A stretch of 60,252 nt of DNA from Planctomycetales bacterium (GTDB lineage: Bacteria > Omnitrophota > Gorgyraeia > Gygaellales > Profunditerraquicolaceae). The translations under genes and the position numbers were made by a program. The DNA lies in NCBI GenBank assembly GCA_005239725.1, contig SBBM01000023.1, positions 1-60,252 of the forward strand, given 5' to 3'. This document shows, in pieces, positions 45,396 to 55,539 of the stretch (its first letter is position 1; every line of letters begins with the position of its first letter). A model generated the notes under the pieces. It was not told the DNA's origin. It made no database searches and worked only from the letters and a program-made list of their open reading frames with translations.

Positions 45396-47234
45396 ATGTG
45401 CGGTATAGTCGGATACATAGGCCCAAAAGACGCCCAACGCCTCCTCCTGAACGGACTTAAACGTCTGGAATACCGAGGCTACGATTCATCCGGTATCTGC
45501 ACCCTTTTAGCCAACAAATATTCCCTGTCCATACGGAAACTCCCTGGAAAAGTAAAGGCCCTGGAAAATCTGCTTAAGAAAAAACCCCTCTCAGGCTCTC
45601 TGGGCATCTCACATACCAGATGGGCGACTCACGGAACCCCGAACCAGGCTAACGCCCACCCCCATATGGATTGCAGGGGCGAAATAGCCGTTGTCCATAA
45701 CGGTATCATCGAGAATTACGCCCAACTTAAAAACAGGCTCATTAAAGAAGGTCATAAGTTCCGCAGCCAGACTGATACGGAAGTAATCGTTCACCTTATT
45801 GAAAAATTCTATAAGAATTCTTTCCTTGAGGAAGCAGTGAGAAAGGCTATCGGCGAACTTAAGGGCGCCTTTGCCATTGCGGCCATATCGAGCAGAGAGC
45901 CGGATAAGCTGATAGGCGCCCGCCTGGGCAGTCCCTTAATCGTCGGCGTGGGTGAGGGCGAAAACTTTCTTGCCTCCGATGCCCCGGCAATAATGGACTC
46001 AACCAGGGACATAATTTTTCTTAATGAGAATGAGATTGCGGTTTTGACCAAGGAAGAAGTTAGAATTACGGACTTCTCCGGCAAAAGAATCAATAAAACT
46101 CCGGTGCGCATTAACTGGGATGTTGCCCAGGCCCAAAAAGGGGGATTCCCTCATTTTATGCTGAAGGAGATAAATGAACAGCCGGGGATTTTGGAAAAAT
46201 TTTTAAATACAAGGCTTAAGAGAGAGAACGGCCCCGTCGTCTTTGAGGAACAGTGTATACCTGAGGAGCAGCTTAAAAATATAAAGGGCATTGAGATAGT
46301 TGCCTGCGGCACAGCTTACCATGCGGGCCTGGTGGGGAAATACATAATTGAATCAATCTGCGGCATCCCGGTCTGCGTTGATGTCTCAAGCGAATTCAGG
46401 TACCGGAAGCTGTTAATCGATAAGCAGACCCTGGTTATCGCTATAAGCCAGTCCGGAGAAACCGCGGATACCTTAGCCGGCGCAAAGGAAGCCAGGGCGC
46501 ACGGCGCAAGCGTCCTTGCCATCTGCAATGTCTTGGGCTCGACCTTAACCCGCGAATCCGACGGGGTAATCTACACGCACGCCGGGCCGGAGATCGGCGT
46601 GGCTTCAACCAAGGCCTATACTGCCCAGTTAACCAGCCTTTACCTTTTTGCCTTTTATCTTGCCGGCGTAAGGGGCACATTGGCTCAGGATAAAATCAAT
46701 AAATATCTCCAGGAGTTAAGGGGTATCCCGCAGATGCAGGAAGAGATACTGAAAAACCAGGCTGCTATCGGGGCCCTCAGCCGCAGGCATTCGCATTTCG
46801 GCTCGTTCCTTTATCTGGGGAGGAACATAAATTATCCCTCGGCACTGGAGGGGGCATTGAAATTAAAAGAGATATCTTATATTCCGGCTGAAGGGTATGC
46901 TGCCGGAGAGATGAAGCATGGACCAATCGCGCTTATCGACGAATACCGCGCGGTGGTCTGCATTGCCTGCGAATCGAAAGTGTACGAAAAAATGATTTCA
47001 AATATGCAGGAGATCCGCGCCCGCAATGGTAAGATTATCGCCATCGCCACCTCAGGCGATACAAAGATAAAGGACCAGGTCAGGGAGGTGGTATTTGTCC
47101 CCCGGTGCAGTGAATTATTTTCTCCGCTTTTAGTTGCGCTGCCTTTACAATTATTGGCTTACCATATCGCGGTAAAACGCGGTTGCGACGTTGACCAGCC
47201 CAGAAATTTGGCGAAATCCGTAACCGTAGAATAA
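45396..47234 (+). CDS. glmS: Glutamine--fructose-6-phosphate aminotransferase
   Basis: MCGIVGYIG, two SIS domains, C-terminal LAKSVTVE. Confidence 0.97.
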   Translation: MCGIVGYIGPKDAQRLLLNGLKRLEYRGYDSSGICTLLANKYSLSIRKLPGKVKALENLLKKKPLSGSLGISHTRWATHGTPNQANAHPHMDCRGEIAVVHNGIIENYAQLKNRLIKEGHKFRSQTDTEVIVHLIEKFYKNSFLEEAVRKAIGELKGAFAIAAISSREPDKLIGARLGSPLIVGVGEGENFLASDAPAIMDSTRDIIFLNENEIAVLTKEEVRITDFSGKRINKTPVRINWDVAQAQKGGFPHFMLKEINEQPGILEKFLNTRLKRENGPVVFEEQCIPEEQLKNIKGIEIVACGTAYHAGLVGKYIIESICGIPVCVDVSSEFRYRKLLIDKQTLVIAISQSGETADTLAGAKEARAHGASVLAICNVLGSTLTRESDGVIYTHAGPEIGVASTKAYTAQLTSLYLFAFYLAGVRGTLAQDKINKYLQELRGIPQMQEEILKNQAAIGALSRRHSHFGSFLYLGRNINYPSALEGALKLKEISYIPAEGYAAGEMKHGPIALIDEYRAVVCIACESKVYEKMISNMQEIRARNGKIIAIATSGDTKIKDQVREVVFVPRCSELFSPLLVALPLQLLAYHIAVKRGCDVDQPRNLAKSVTVE

Positions 47235-47887
47235 TGCTATATATAGTAGCCACCCCGATAGGCAACCTCAAAGACATCACTCTGCGCGCCCTGAAAGTTT
47301 TAAAGAGCGTGGATTTGATTGCCTGCGAGGATACCCGCCATACTAAAATCTTGCTCAACCATTACAATATCGCTACCCCCACCACAAGCTATTTCCAACA
47401 CAACAGGCTTACTAAAGGAGAACATATACTTAAGCTCTTAAAAGAGGGCAAGGGTATTGCTTTAGTTTCTGACGCCGGCACCCCCGGCATACTCGACCCC
47501 GGATACCACCTGATTAACCTGGCAATAATTAACCATATTCCAATGACTTTTATCCCCGGTCCAACTGCCTTTATTGATGCCCTGGTTTTATCCGGCAAGC
47601 CTACGCATCAGTTCTTTTTCGACGGGTTTCTCCCTAATAAATCCATAGCCAGAAAGAACCGGCTAAGGGAACTGGCCGGGTTTAAGACAACTCTGGTTTT
47701 TTATGAATCCTGCCACAGGATTTTATCTACATTAGAAGATATCCGGGAGATATTCGCCGACAAACCGATAGTTTGCTGCCGAGAGCTCAGCAAAAAATTT
47801 GAAGAAATAAAGCGCGGCGCGGCAGGCGATATCCTGGAAGAATTTAAGAAACAAAAGCCTCGCGGAGAATTTGTTTTGGTGGTATAA
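47234..47887 (+). CDS. rsmI: 16S rRNA (cytidine1402-2'-O)-methyltransferase
   Basis: LYIVATPIGNLKDITLRAL, IACEDTR, SDAGTPGILDPG. Confidence 0.85.
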   Translation: MLYIVATPIGNLKDITLRALKVLKSVDLIACEDTRHTKILLNHYNIATPTTSYFQHNRLTKGEHILKLLKEGKGIALVSDAGTPGILDPGYHLINLAIINHIPMTFIPGPTAFIDALVLSGKPTHQFFFDGFLPNKSIARKNRLRELAGFKTTLVFYESCHRILSTLEDIREIFADKPIVCCRELSKKFEEIKRGAAGDILEEFKKQKPRGEFVLVV

Positions 47888-47914
47888 TAAGCAGAAATAA
47901 AAAGGAGGTGCGCG

Positions 47915-48787
47915 TTGAGGAAGATGGCTGCCGTGTTCGCCTGCGTTTTATATATTTTTTTTGGCGCGACAGCTTTGGTTTCTGCCGGAGAGCCGAGCCA
48001 GAAAAAACAGCTAAGGATAGGCGGCGGGGCGATGATTTCCCCCAAAGAAACCTTCAATTATTACATCGAAATGGTGGATTATATAGGGGAAAAGCTGGGT
48101 CTGCCGGCTACTCTGGTTATGCGCAAGACCTACAAAGAAATGAATGACCTGGTTGAAAGAAAAGACGTGGACGCGGCATTTGTCTGCAGTGGGCCTTATG
48201 TTTACGGGCATGATAAATTCGGGATGGAACTTTTGGCCGCGCCTCAGGTTTCCGGCAAGTCAGTTTATTATTCTTATATCATTGTGCATAAAAACAGCCG
48301 GATTAACAAATTTTCCCAGCTGAAGGGCAAGACATTCGCTTTTACCGACCCGGATTCCAACTCCGGCAAGCTATCTCCCACCTATAAGCTCACCACGATG
48401 GGTTATACCCCCGAGTCTTATTTTAAGAGTTTTATCTATACTTACAGCCATGATAATTCCATAAAAGAGGTGGCCCGTAAAACCGTGGACGGTGCCGCGG
48501 TCGACAGCCTTATCTATGATTACATAAAGGCAAAATACCCGGATTCCGACGTCTATTCCACAAAGGTGATCGAGAAGTCTGAGGGGTACGGTATCCCGCC
48601 GTTTGTCTGCCACCCGGATTTAGACCCCGGCCTAAAAGCCAGGCTCAAGGAAATAATTCTGAATATGCACAAGGACGAGAAGGGAAAAAGGATATTAAAC
48701 GGCATAATGATTGAACGTTTCGTTGAGGCCGATGACAGCCTCTATGAAACAGTGAGAAAGATGCTGCACTGGAAAGGGGAGAAATAG
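47915..48787 (+). CDS. PhnD-like periplasmic substrate-binding protein
   Basis: AAAGGAGG lies 6 nt before the TTG start. Signal peptide present. FAFTDPDSNSGKL and GIPPFVCHPDLDP fit the phosphonate-binding-like fold. Confidence 0.65.
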   Translation: MRKMAAVFACVLYIFFGATALVSAGEPSQKKQLRIGGGAMISPKETFNYYIEMVDYIGEKLGLPATLVMRKTYKEMNDLVERKDVDAAFVCSGPYVYGHDKFGMELLAAPQVSGKSVYYSYIIVHKNSRINKFSQLKGKTFAFTDPDSNSGKLSPTYKLTTMGYTPESYFKSFIYTYSHDNSIKEVARKTVDGAAVDSLIYDYIKAKYPDSDVYSTKVIEKSEGYGIPPFVCHPDLDPGLKARLKEIILNMHKDEKGKRILNGIMIERFVEADDSLYETVRKMLHWKGEK

Positions 48788-48788
48788 T

Positions 48789-50114
48789 ATGCCGGTTTCC
48801 TTCCGCCAGAGTTTAAATTTGGCCTTGAGCGCGCTGCTGGTAATAATCTTCGGGCTCTGCGCGACGTCTTTTGTTATAAGCCGGCGCACTTTTAACAGCC
48901 TGAAGGAAAACTTTACAGTTGACGATTTAAAGTTGAAAAAGTATTACGAAGTGGAGTGGATGGTGAACGAAACTATGCATGCCCTCTACGAATACCGGAT
49001 TAGCCGCGATAAGATAAGCCTTATTTCTGTGGTACAGCTAAACCTGGATGAAGCACTCAAACGTTTAAGCCTGCTCAGGGAATCCGCTCATGACTCAGGC
49101 GAGCTCAGGATAATCAATGAGCTTTCATCAAAGATCGAGAATTTCAAATATACGGTGTTAAGCTATGCCGAAATCTCTGCCTCCGGCACACCTGGAATGG
49201 TCTATATTGATGAGGCGGAATACGGCATTTCTGTTTCTGCCCGCGACCTTTTGAGTTTTGTGTCCGCCGCGGTGCAGGGGGTGCGCGAGCATATCGAGGA
49301 CAGCAATATACAGGTATTGAACGTGAACATCTTTTTCCAGAAAATTTTAATCCTTGCTTTGTTTATATCAGCCGTTGTTGTGGTCTCCGCGGCCATTCTG
49401 ATAAAGTGGGCGATGTCTGCCCCGGTAAAAAAGCTGCTTAACGGCGCCAGAGAGATTTCCCGCGGGAACCTGGATTATAAGTTTGCGATTTATTCCCGGG
49501 ATGAATTCGGTGAGCTGGGCCGGGAATTCGGGGAAATGGCCTCAAGCCTGAAGAAGACTTATAGCGAGGTAACCGACTTAAAAAACCTGCTCTTGTCCGT
49601 TACCGACGGTATTGACGAAGGTATAATGCTTATTGACAGGGATTTTAAGATACTCTGGGCGAATAAAAAGATAATGGAAAGCGTGGGGAGCGGGGAGGTA
49701 ATAAATAACTATTGCTATAAGATAACGCACAAAATGGAGGAGCCTTGCAGCGCAGAAAGTCACTTCTGTCCCCTATCTGAAACAGTCAAGACCGGCAAAC
49801 CCTCGACCGCATCGCATACGCATTACACGGGCGGCGAGAAAATTTTTGTGGAAGTTTCTACATACCCTTTCTACGACGAAAAAGGAGAAAAAAGGTATTT
49901 TATCCATGTCACCCGGGACATAACCAAGAAAATGCAGCTGGAAGAGGAGTTAAAAAAGAACCTGGCGCTGGTAGAAAGGGCAAAGGCCGACATGCAGGTT
50001 AAGATGGAGGAACTCGCGCGGTTCAATAAACTGGCAGTGGACAGGGAAATAAAGATGGTGGAGTTAAAAGAGAAGATTAAGCAATTGGAAGAAAGGCTTG
50101 ACAATAAGGCGTAG
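48789..50114 (+). CDS. Membrane sensor with HAMP and PAS domains and a C-terminal coiled coil; no recognisable kinase or output domain
   Basis: Two TM segments. HAMP: LLNGAREISRGNLDYKFAIYSRDEFGELG. PAS-like: GIMLIDRDFKILWANKK, with Cys/His cluster CYKITHKMEEPCSAESHFC. Confidence 0.6.
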   Translation: MPVSFRQSLNLALSALLVIIFGLCATSFVISRRTFNSLKENFTVDDLKLKKYYEVEWMVNETMHALYEYRISRDKISLISVVQLNLDEALKRLSLLRESAHDSGELRIINELSSKIENFKYTVLSYAEISASGTPGMVYIDEAEYGISVSARDLLSFVSAAVQGVREHIEDSNIQVLNVNIFFQKILILALFISAVVVVSAAILIKWAMSAPVKKLLNGAREISRGNLDYKFAIYSRDEFGELGREFGEMASSLKKTYSEVTDLKNLLLSVTDGIDEGIMLIDRDFKILWANKKIMESVGSGEVINNYCYKITHKMEEPCSAESHFCPLSETVKTGKPSTASHTHYTGGEKIFVEVSTYPFYDEKGEKRYFIHVTRDITKKMQLEEELKKNLALVERAKADMQVKMEELARFNKLAVDREIKMVELKEKIKQLEERLDNKA

Positions 50115-50133
50115 GGATGGTATTATTCATTAG

Positions 50134-50757
<624 letters not shown>

Positions 50758-50760
50758 AAG

Positions 50761-51693
50761 ATGTGGGTGAAAAAAGACCTTTTGGGGCTGGATGATTTAA
50801 CTAAAGAGGAAATTGAATTTATTCTGGCCACCGCCGAATCTTTTAAAGAGGTCTCCAGCCGCTCTATTAAAAAGGTGCCTGCCCTGCGCGGGAAAACCGT
50901 AGTCAATTTATTTTATGAGCCCTCCACAAGGACGCGTGTTTCTTTTGAAGTGGCGGCAAAAAGGCTCTCTGCGGACGTGATAAATATCTCAACTGAAACT
51001 TCCAGCGTGCGCAAGGGCGAAACATTAATTGATACAGGCAGGAACATCCAGGCATTGAATACCGACATCATCGTCATACGACATAATTGTTCGGGCGCGG
51101 CGTTAATGCTTGCCAGGCACGTTGATATCTGTGTGGTTAATGCCGGAGACGGCTGGCATGAGCATCCCACGCAGGCCCTCCTGGATATTTTTACCTTAAA
51201 AGAAAAATTCGGTAAAATAGATGGCTTGAAAGTGAGCATTGTCGGAGACATTGCGCATTCCCGGGTTGCCCGTTCGAATATCTGGGGCCTGACGAAATTA
51301 GGGGCGAAAGTAACAGTCTGCGCACCGGAGATGCTTATACCTGTCGGCATAGAGCAGATGAATGTGCGGGTAACCAATGATATTAATGATGCCTTAAAGG
51401 ATGCGGATGCGGTAAATGTGCTTCGCATGCAATTTGAGCGTGACGCAGGAGGGGCATTCCCCAAACAATTGGAATATTTTAAGAATTTCGGGATTACCAA
51501 AGAGAGGCTTAAAAACGCCAAGAAAGACATTATGATAATGCACCCCGGCCCGCTTAACCGGGGAGTTGAAATAGCCAGCGACGTTGCCGACGGGGACAAC
51601 TCCGTGATATTGGAGCAGGTCACTAACGGCATTGCTGTTCGGATGGCTGTGCTTTTTCTGGTTGCGCAGGCAAGAGACAAAAACAGTAACTAG
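50761..51693 (+). CDS. pyrB: Aspartate carbamoyltransferase catalytic subunit
   Basis: [30 protein letters not shown]. Confidence 0.95.
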   Translation: MWVKKDLLGLDDLTKEEIEFILATAESFKEVSSRSIKKVPALRGKTVVNLFYEPSTRTRVSFEVAAKRLSADVINISTETSSVRKGETLIDTGRNIQALNTDIIVIRHNCSGAALMLARHVDICVVNAGDGWHEHPTQALLDIFTLKEKFGKIDGLKVSIVGDIAHSRVARSNIWGLTKLGAKVTVCAPEMLIPVGIEQMNVRVTNDINDALKDADAVNVLRMQFERDAGGAFPKQLEYFKNFGITKERLKNAKKDIMIMHPGPLNRGVEIASDVADGDNSVILEQVTNGIAVRMAVLFLVAQARDKNSN

Positions 51694-51720
51694 TAAACTA
51701 GTAACGAGTAACTCGTAATT
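51685..51720. repeat. Heptamer-like tandem array AGTAACT AGTAAACT AGTAACG AGTAACT CGTAATT spanning the pyrB stop
   Basis: Read directly. Includes the ACGAGT-A-ACTCGT inverted repeat. Confidence 0.75.
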
Positions 51721-51725
51721 AAAAG

Positions 51726-53003
51726 ATGAAGATATTAATCAAGAATGGTTTAGTGGTTGACCCGGCAAACGGTATCTCCGGCGAAATCCTGGATATTTTA
51801 GTTCAGGGGACGAAAATATCCAGAGTGGCCAAAAATATAAAAACCGGCGCCGAAAAAGTTATTGATGCCTCCGGGAAAATCGTAATGCCCGGCCTGGTAG
51901 ATATGCACGTGCACTTAAGGGAGCCGGGGAGGGAAGACAAAGAAACCGTTGAAAGCGGCACAACCGCGGCAATAAAAGGCGGGGTCACTTCTCTTCTGGC
52001 CATGCCCAACACAAATCCGGCAATTGACAGTGCAGGGAATGTGCGCCTCTTAAAAAATATTATTAATAAGACTGCCGAGGCAAATGTGTTTATCTGCGCC
52101 GCAATTACCAGGGGTCGGTTAGGCAAAGAAATCACAGACATCGCCAAATTAAAGAAAGAGGGGGTTATCGCTATTTCCGAAGACGGCTCTTCGGTTGACT
52201 GCGAAGCGCTGATGCTGGATGCGCTTCAAAAAGCCAGAGAAGAAAAAATATTGGTTATTTCTCACTGCGAAGATAAAACCCTTTCCAATAACGGCATGAT
52301 TAACCTGGGGTTTGTTTCCACCCGGCTGGGGTTAAGAGGGATTTCTAGGGAATCGGAATATAAAAGAGTAGACAGAGATATCAGCCTGGCGGAAAAAATA
52401 AAATCCCCCTTGCACATCGCCCATCTAAGCTGCAAGGAATCGGTTGAGATAATCGCTAAAGCCAAGAAAAGAGGCATTAAGGTTAGCTGTGAAACTGCGC
52501 CGCATTATTTTGTCTTAAGTGAAGAAGATTTGCTCGGATATGACACTAACCTGAAGATTAACCCTCCCCTGCGCGGCAAGGGCGACATAAGCGCGATAAA
52601 AAAAGGCTTAAAAGACGGGACAATCGATGTTATTGCCTCGGACCACGCCCCGCACACTGAAAATGAAAAAGATGTGGAGTTTGACCATGCGGAATTCGGC
52701 ACAATAGGCCTTGAAACAGAATTAGCGGTTGCTATCACGGAACTTGTAAAGAAGGGCTTTTTGGATTGGCAGGGGCTGGTAGAGAAAATGTCATTAAACC
52801 CGGCAAAAATTTTAGGCATAAACAGGGGCACTTTAGGTACAGGCGCTGAAGCGGATATCATTGTGGTCGACCCGGACAAGGAATGGGTGGTTACAAAAGA
52901 AAACCTCGTTTCTAAATCCAGAAATTCCGCTTTTCTGGACAGGAGATTAAACGGCGTGGTTTGCTATACGCTTTGCTCCGGTGAGGCTGTTTACCCGCCA
53001 TGA
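51726..53003 (+). CDS. pyrC: Dihydroorotase
   Basis: PGLVDMHVHLREPG, ASDHAPH. 425 aa. Confidence 0.9.
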   Translation: MKILIKNGLVVDPANGISGEILDILVQGTKISRVAKNIKTGAEKVIDASGKIVMPGLVDMHVHLREPGREDKETVESGTTAAIKGGVTSLLAMPNTNPAIDSAGNVRLLKNIINKTAEANVFICAAITRGRLGKEITDIAKLKKEGVIAISEDGSSVDCEALMLDALQKAREEKILVISHCEDKTLSNNGMINLGFVSTRLGLRGISRESEYKRVDRDISLAEKIKSPLHIAHLSCKESVEIIAKAKKRGIKVSCETAPHYFVLSEEDLLGYDTNLKINPPLRGKGDISAIKKGLKDGTIDVIASDHAPHTENEKDVEFDHAEFGTIGLETELAVAITELVKKGFLDWQGLVEKMSLNPAKILGINRGTLGTGAEADIIVVDPDKEWVVTKENLVSKSRNSAFLDRRLNGVVCYTLCSGEAVYPP

Positions 53004-53461
53004 AATTTATTCTCACCAGGGAAGTGGGAAGACTGGCTAAGTGGCTGAGGATATTAGGGTTTGACGCCGAATATTTTACCGAAGGCCCGACGGGTTCGCT
53101 TATTGTCCAGGCGTTAAGGGATGAGCGGATAATCCTAACCCGTAACCACAGGCTTCCTAAAACCAAAGGCATTAAAATTGTAGTAATCTCGGCGGAAAAA
53201 ATTAAGGAGCAGCTTGCCGAGGTTTTGCGAGAACTAAAAATTAAGCCCGATTCAAAAAAGATGTTTAGCCGCTGCACCCTCTGTAATGCCGGGCTGGCAG
53301 AGATTGGCAAGGACAGGGTTAAAGATAAGGTCCCCGCATACGTATTCGCCACTCAAAAGAACTTTTTAATCTGTCCGGAGTGCGGCCGCATTTATTGGCA
53401 GGGCACGCACTGGGGTAACGTTCAGGATATAGTTAGGAAGTTAGGGGAGTTAGGAAGTTAG
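53000..53461 (+). CDS. Mut7-C / DUF82 PIN-like RNase domain protein with a zinc ribbon
   Basis: GRLAKWLRILGFD, ILTRN, CTLCN...CPECGRIYWQGTHW. Confidence 0.75.
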   Translation: MKFILTREVGRLAKWLRILGFDAEYFTEGPTGSLIVQALRDERIILTRNHRLPKTKGIKIVVISAEKIKEQLAEVLRELKIKPDSKKMFSRCTLCNAGLAEIGKDRVKDKVPAYVFATQKNFLICPECGRIYWQGTHWGNVQDIVRKLGELGS

Positions 53462-53507
53462 GGGAGTTAGGAAGTTAGGGGAGTTAGGAAGTTAGGGGAG
53501 TTAGGAA
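53431..53507 (+). repeat. Perfect tandem repeat (AGTTAGGAAGTTAGGGG) x4 plus a 9-nt partial unit
   Basis: Units at 53431, 53448, 53465 and 53482. Spans the Mut7-C stop (53459-53461) and runs to 3 nt before the next ATG. Confidence 0.95.
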
Positions 53508-53509
53508 AA

Positions 53510-54748
53510 ATGGAGTTTATAGCGGATTTCCATATTCATTCTAAATACTCGCGCGCTACTTCCAAGGATATGGATGTAAAGCATGTTGCGGAGTGGGCAA
53601 AATTAAAGGGCATTACCCTGATGGGCAGCGGAGATTTCACGCATCATCTTTGGCTGGAAGAATTAAAGGCAAATTTAGAAGATTTGGGTAATGGATTATT
53701 CAAATACAACGGGGTGTATTTTGTCCTCACCGTTGAGATAAGCAGCATATATTCAAAAAACGGCAGGGGTTACCGCATACACAACATGATTTTCGCCCCC
53801 TCATTTAAAACCGCGGATAAAATAAACGACGCGTTATCGCGGCGGGGAAATTTAAGTTCGGATGGCAGGCCCATACTGGGGCTGGATGCCGAGGAACTCG
53901 CGCACATCATATTCGATATTGACGAGAACTGCATGGTTGTGCCCGGGCATATCTGGACCCCCTGGTTTAGCCTCTTCGGTTCAATGTCGGGTTTTGATAA
54001 GATTGAAGATTGCTTTGAGAAAGAAACCCCGAAAATATTTGCATTGGAGACCGGGCTTAGCAGCGACCCTGGTATGAACTGGCGGCTCTCCGCACTGGAT
54101 AAATTTGCATTAATCAGTAATTCCGACAGCCACTCGCCGCAGAAGATCGGCAGGGAGGCCAATGTCTTTGACTGTGAATTGGATTATAAAACTATAAGGG
54201 AGGTATTAAAAACTAAAGATAAGAAGAGGTTTTTATACACCATAGAATTTTTCCCCGAGGAAGGCAAGTATCATTTTGACGGCCACCGCCTCTGTAATAC
54301 CCGGCTTTCCCCGAAAGAGACAAAACAGAATAAGGGAAAATGCCCCAGGTGCAGCAAGAACGTTACCGTGGGAGTAATGAACAGGGTTGAGCAGCTGGCC
54401 GACAGGGAAGAAGGATTTAAGCCGGATAATTTAATTCCGTTTAAAAATCTTATCCCGCTCGATGAAATTATTGCCGAGGCCAAGGGCGTGGGGAAGGTCA
54501 CGCAGGCAGTAGAAAGGGAATATCGCAGTTTAATATCTAAATTCGGCACGGAATTTAACATTTTGCTCAAGGTCCCCAAAGAGGATTTAATTAAGAATGC
54601 CCCGGAACGCATCGCCGAAGGTATTATCAGGATGCGCGAAGGCAAAGTCAACATTAAAGCCGGTTACGACGGAGAATACGGGATAATTTCCCTTTTCGGG
54701 GAAGACGAAAAACCCAAAGAGCCCGAGCAGCAGATGAGCCTCTTCTAG
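53510..54748 (+). CDS. Endonuclease Q-like PHP-domain protein (TIGR00375 type)
   Basis: ADFHIHSKYSRATS, GSGDF, PGHIWTPWFSLF, SNSDSHSPQKIGREANVF, CPRCSKNVTVGV, AGYDGEYG. Colinear with archaeal EndoQ as recalled from memory. Confidence 0.7.
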   Translation: MEFIADFHIHSKYSRATSKDMDVKHVAEWAKLKGITLMGSGDFTHHLWLEELKANLEDLGNGLFKYNGVYFVLTVEISSIYSKNGRGYRIHNMIFAPSFKTADKINDALSRRGNLSSDGRPILGLDAEELAHIIFDIDENCMVVPGHIWTPWFSLFGSMSGFDKIEDCFEKETPKIFALETGLSSDPGMNWRLSALDKFALISNSDSHSPQKIGREANVFDCELDYKTIREVLKTKDKKRFLYTIEFFPEEGKYHFDGHRLCNTRLSPKETKQNKGKCPRCSKNVTVGVMNRVEQLADREEGFKPDNLIPFKNLIPLDEIIAEAKGVGKVTQAVEREYRSLISKFGTEFNILLKVPKEDLIKNAPERIAEGIIRMREGKVNIKAGYDGEYGIISLFGEDEKPKEPEQQMSLF

Positions 54749-54763
54749 GGGACGTTTCCCTTC
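54748..54763 (+). repeat. 16-mer GGGGACGTTTCCCTTC, copy 1
   Basis: Identical to 55391-55406. Overlaps the EndoQ-like stop codon. Confidence 0.85.
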
Positions 54764-54805
54764 CGCCGAACCCCTTTGATTGGAACAAGTTATGAGGAGG
54801 TAGAT

Positions 54806-55285
54806 ATGAAAAGTATAATTGTTTATTATTCTTATACAGGCAATACTAAAAAGGTAGCGCAAGATTTAAAGGAAATATTGACAGAAAAAGGGGAAATTGA
54901 TAGTATAGAGTTGTCCAGTATTGACGAGGCAAAATCTTTTTTAGGTCAGTGCCGCCGGGCGTTTTTTAAAAAGAGAGCGCAAATTGCGCCGGTTAATCTT
55001 GATCTCTCAAAATATGATTTAATTTGTTTAGGAACCCCTGTCTGGGCCTTTAAACCTGCGCCGGCAATGAATACTTATTTGGATAAATGTTCAGGGGTAG
55101 AAGGGAAAGAAATAATTTTGTTCACTACTTACGGCAGCGGCAGAGGGAACGAGCAGTGCTTGAATTATATGCAGGGCATCTTGGCTAAAAAAGGCGCAAC
55201 AAATTTTAGAAGGTTTTCTGTCCAACAGGGCGAAGTTAATAATAAAGAATCAGTTCTTTCTGAAATCAAATCAGCAATCTCCTGA
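54806..55285 (+). CDS. Flavodoxin-family protein
   Basis: GAGGAGG SD before ATG 54806. MKSIIVYYSYTGNTKKVAQ FMN-binding N-terminus. Confidence 0.75.
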   Translation: MKSIIVYYSYTGNTKKVAQDLKEILTEKGEIDSIELSSIDEAKSFLGQCRRAFFKKRAQIAPVNLDLSKYDLICLGTPVWAFKPAPAMNTYLDKCSGVEGKEIILFTTYGSGRGNEQCLNYMQGILAKKGATNFRRFSVQQGEVNNKESVLSEIKSAIS

Positions 55286-55301
55286 AATCTTTCCAAATAA
55301 T

Positions 55302-55385
55302 GCGCGGGTGGTGGAATGGCAGACACGCTACTTTGAGGGGGTAGTGGGGCGACCTGTGAGGGTTCAACTCCCTCCCCGCGCACCA
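55302..55385 (+). tRNA. tRNA-Leu (anticodon GAG), CCA encoded
   Basis: Acceptor GCGCGGG/CCCGCGC, anticodon arm CTACT-TTGAGGG-GGTAG, long variable arm, T arm GAGGG-TTCAACT-CCCTC, A-CCA. Confidence 0.85.
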
Positions 55386-55390
55386 AATCA

Positions 55391-55406
55391 GGGGACGTTT
55401 CCCTTC
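55391..55406 (+). repeat. 16-mer GGGGACGTTTCCCTTC, copy 2 (left flank of the RAYT gene)
   Basis: Contains the mini-hairpin GGGA-CGTT-TCCC. Confidence 0.85.
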
Positions 55407-55490
55407 TTTAAAACTCTTTGTCAGGCATTGAATTACAACAAGGCACTTTGGGAATTCTGATTCGCACCATATTTTTAAAAATTTTCAGTT

Positions 55491-55538
55491 AGATTTTTCT
55501 CCTTCGGCCGTCTATTAGAATAGAAAGGAGAAAAATCT
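55491..55538 (+). promoter_or_regulatory. Perfect 14-bp hairpin AGATTTTTCTCCTT / AAGGAGAAAAATCT sequestering the SD of the transposase gene
   Basis: The right arm ends 1 nt before ATG 55540 and contains AAGGAG. Confidence 0.7.
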
Positions 55539-55539
55539 T

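Noticed and set aside
50913-51680. 255-aa minus-strand ORF (and similar long antisense ORFs, e.g. 23278-23970 and 11638-12192)
   Set aside because: Antisense to pyrB, trkA and rny/ymdB respectively. Ser/Ala/Leu-rich shadow frames without motifs or RBS.
53431-53507. Possible CRISPR array
   Set aside because: The units are directly abutting 17-mers with no spacers, and no cas genes are present. It is a simple tandem repeat.
55165-55386. 73-aa minus-strand ORF; likewise the 60001-60252 minus-strand ORF
   Set aside because: The first overlaps tRNA-Leu(GAG) and the flavodoxin 3' end. The second overlaps the repeat element and an SD-supported plus-strand ORF. Neither has motifs.
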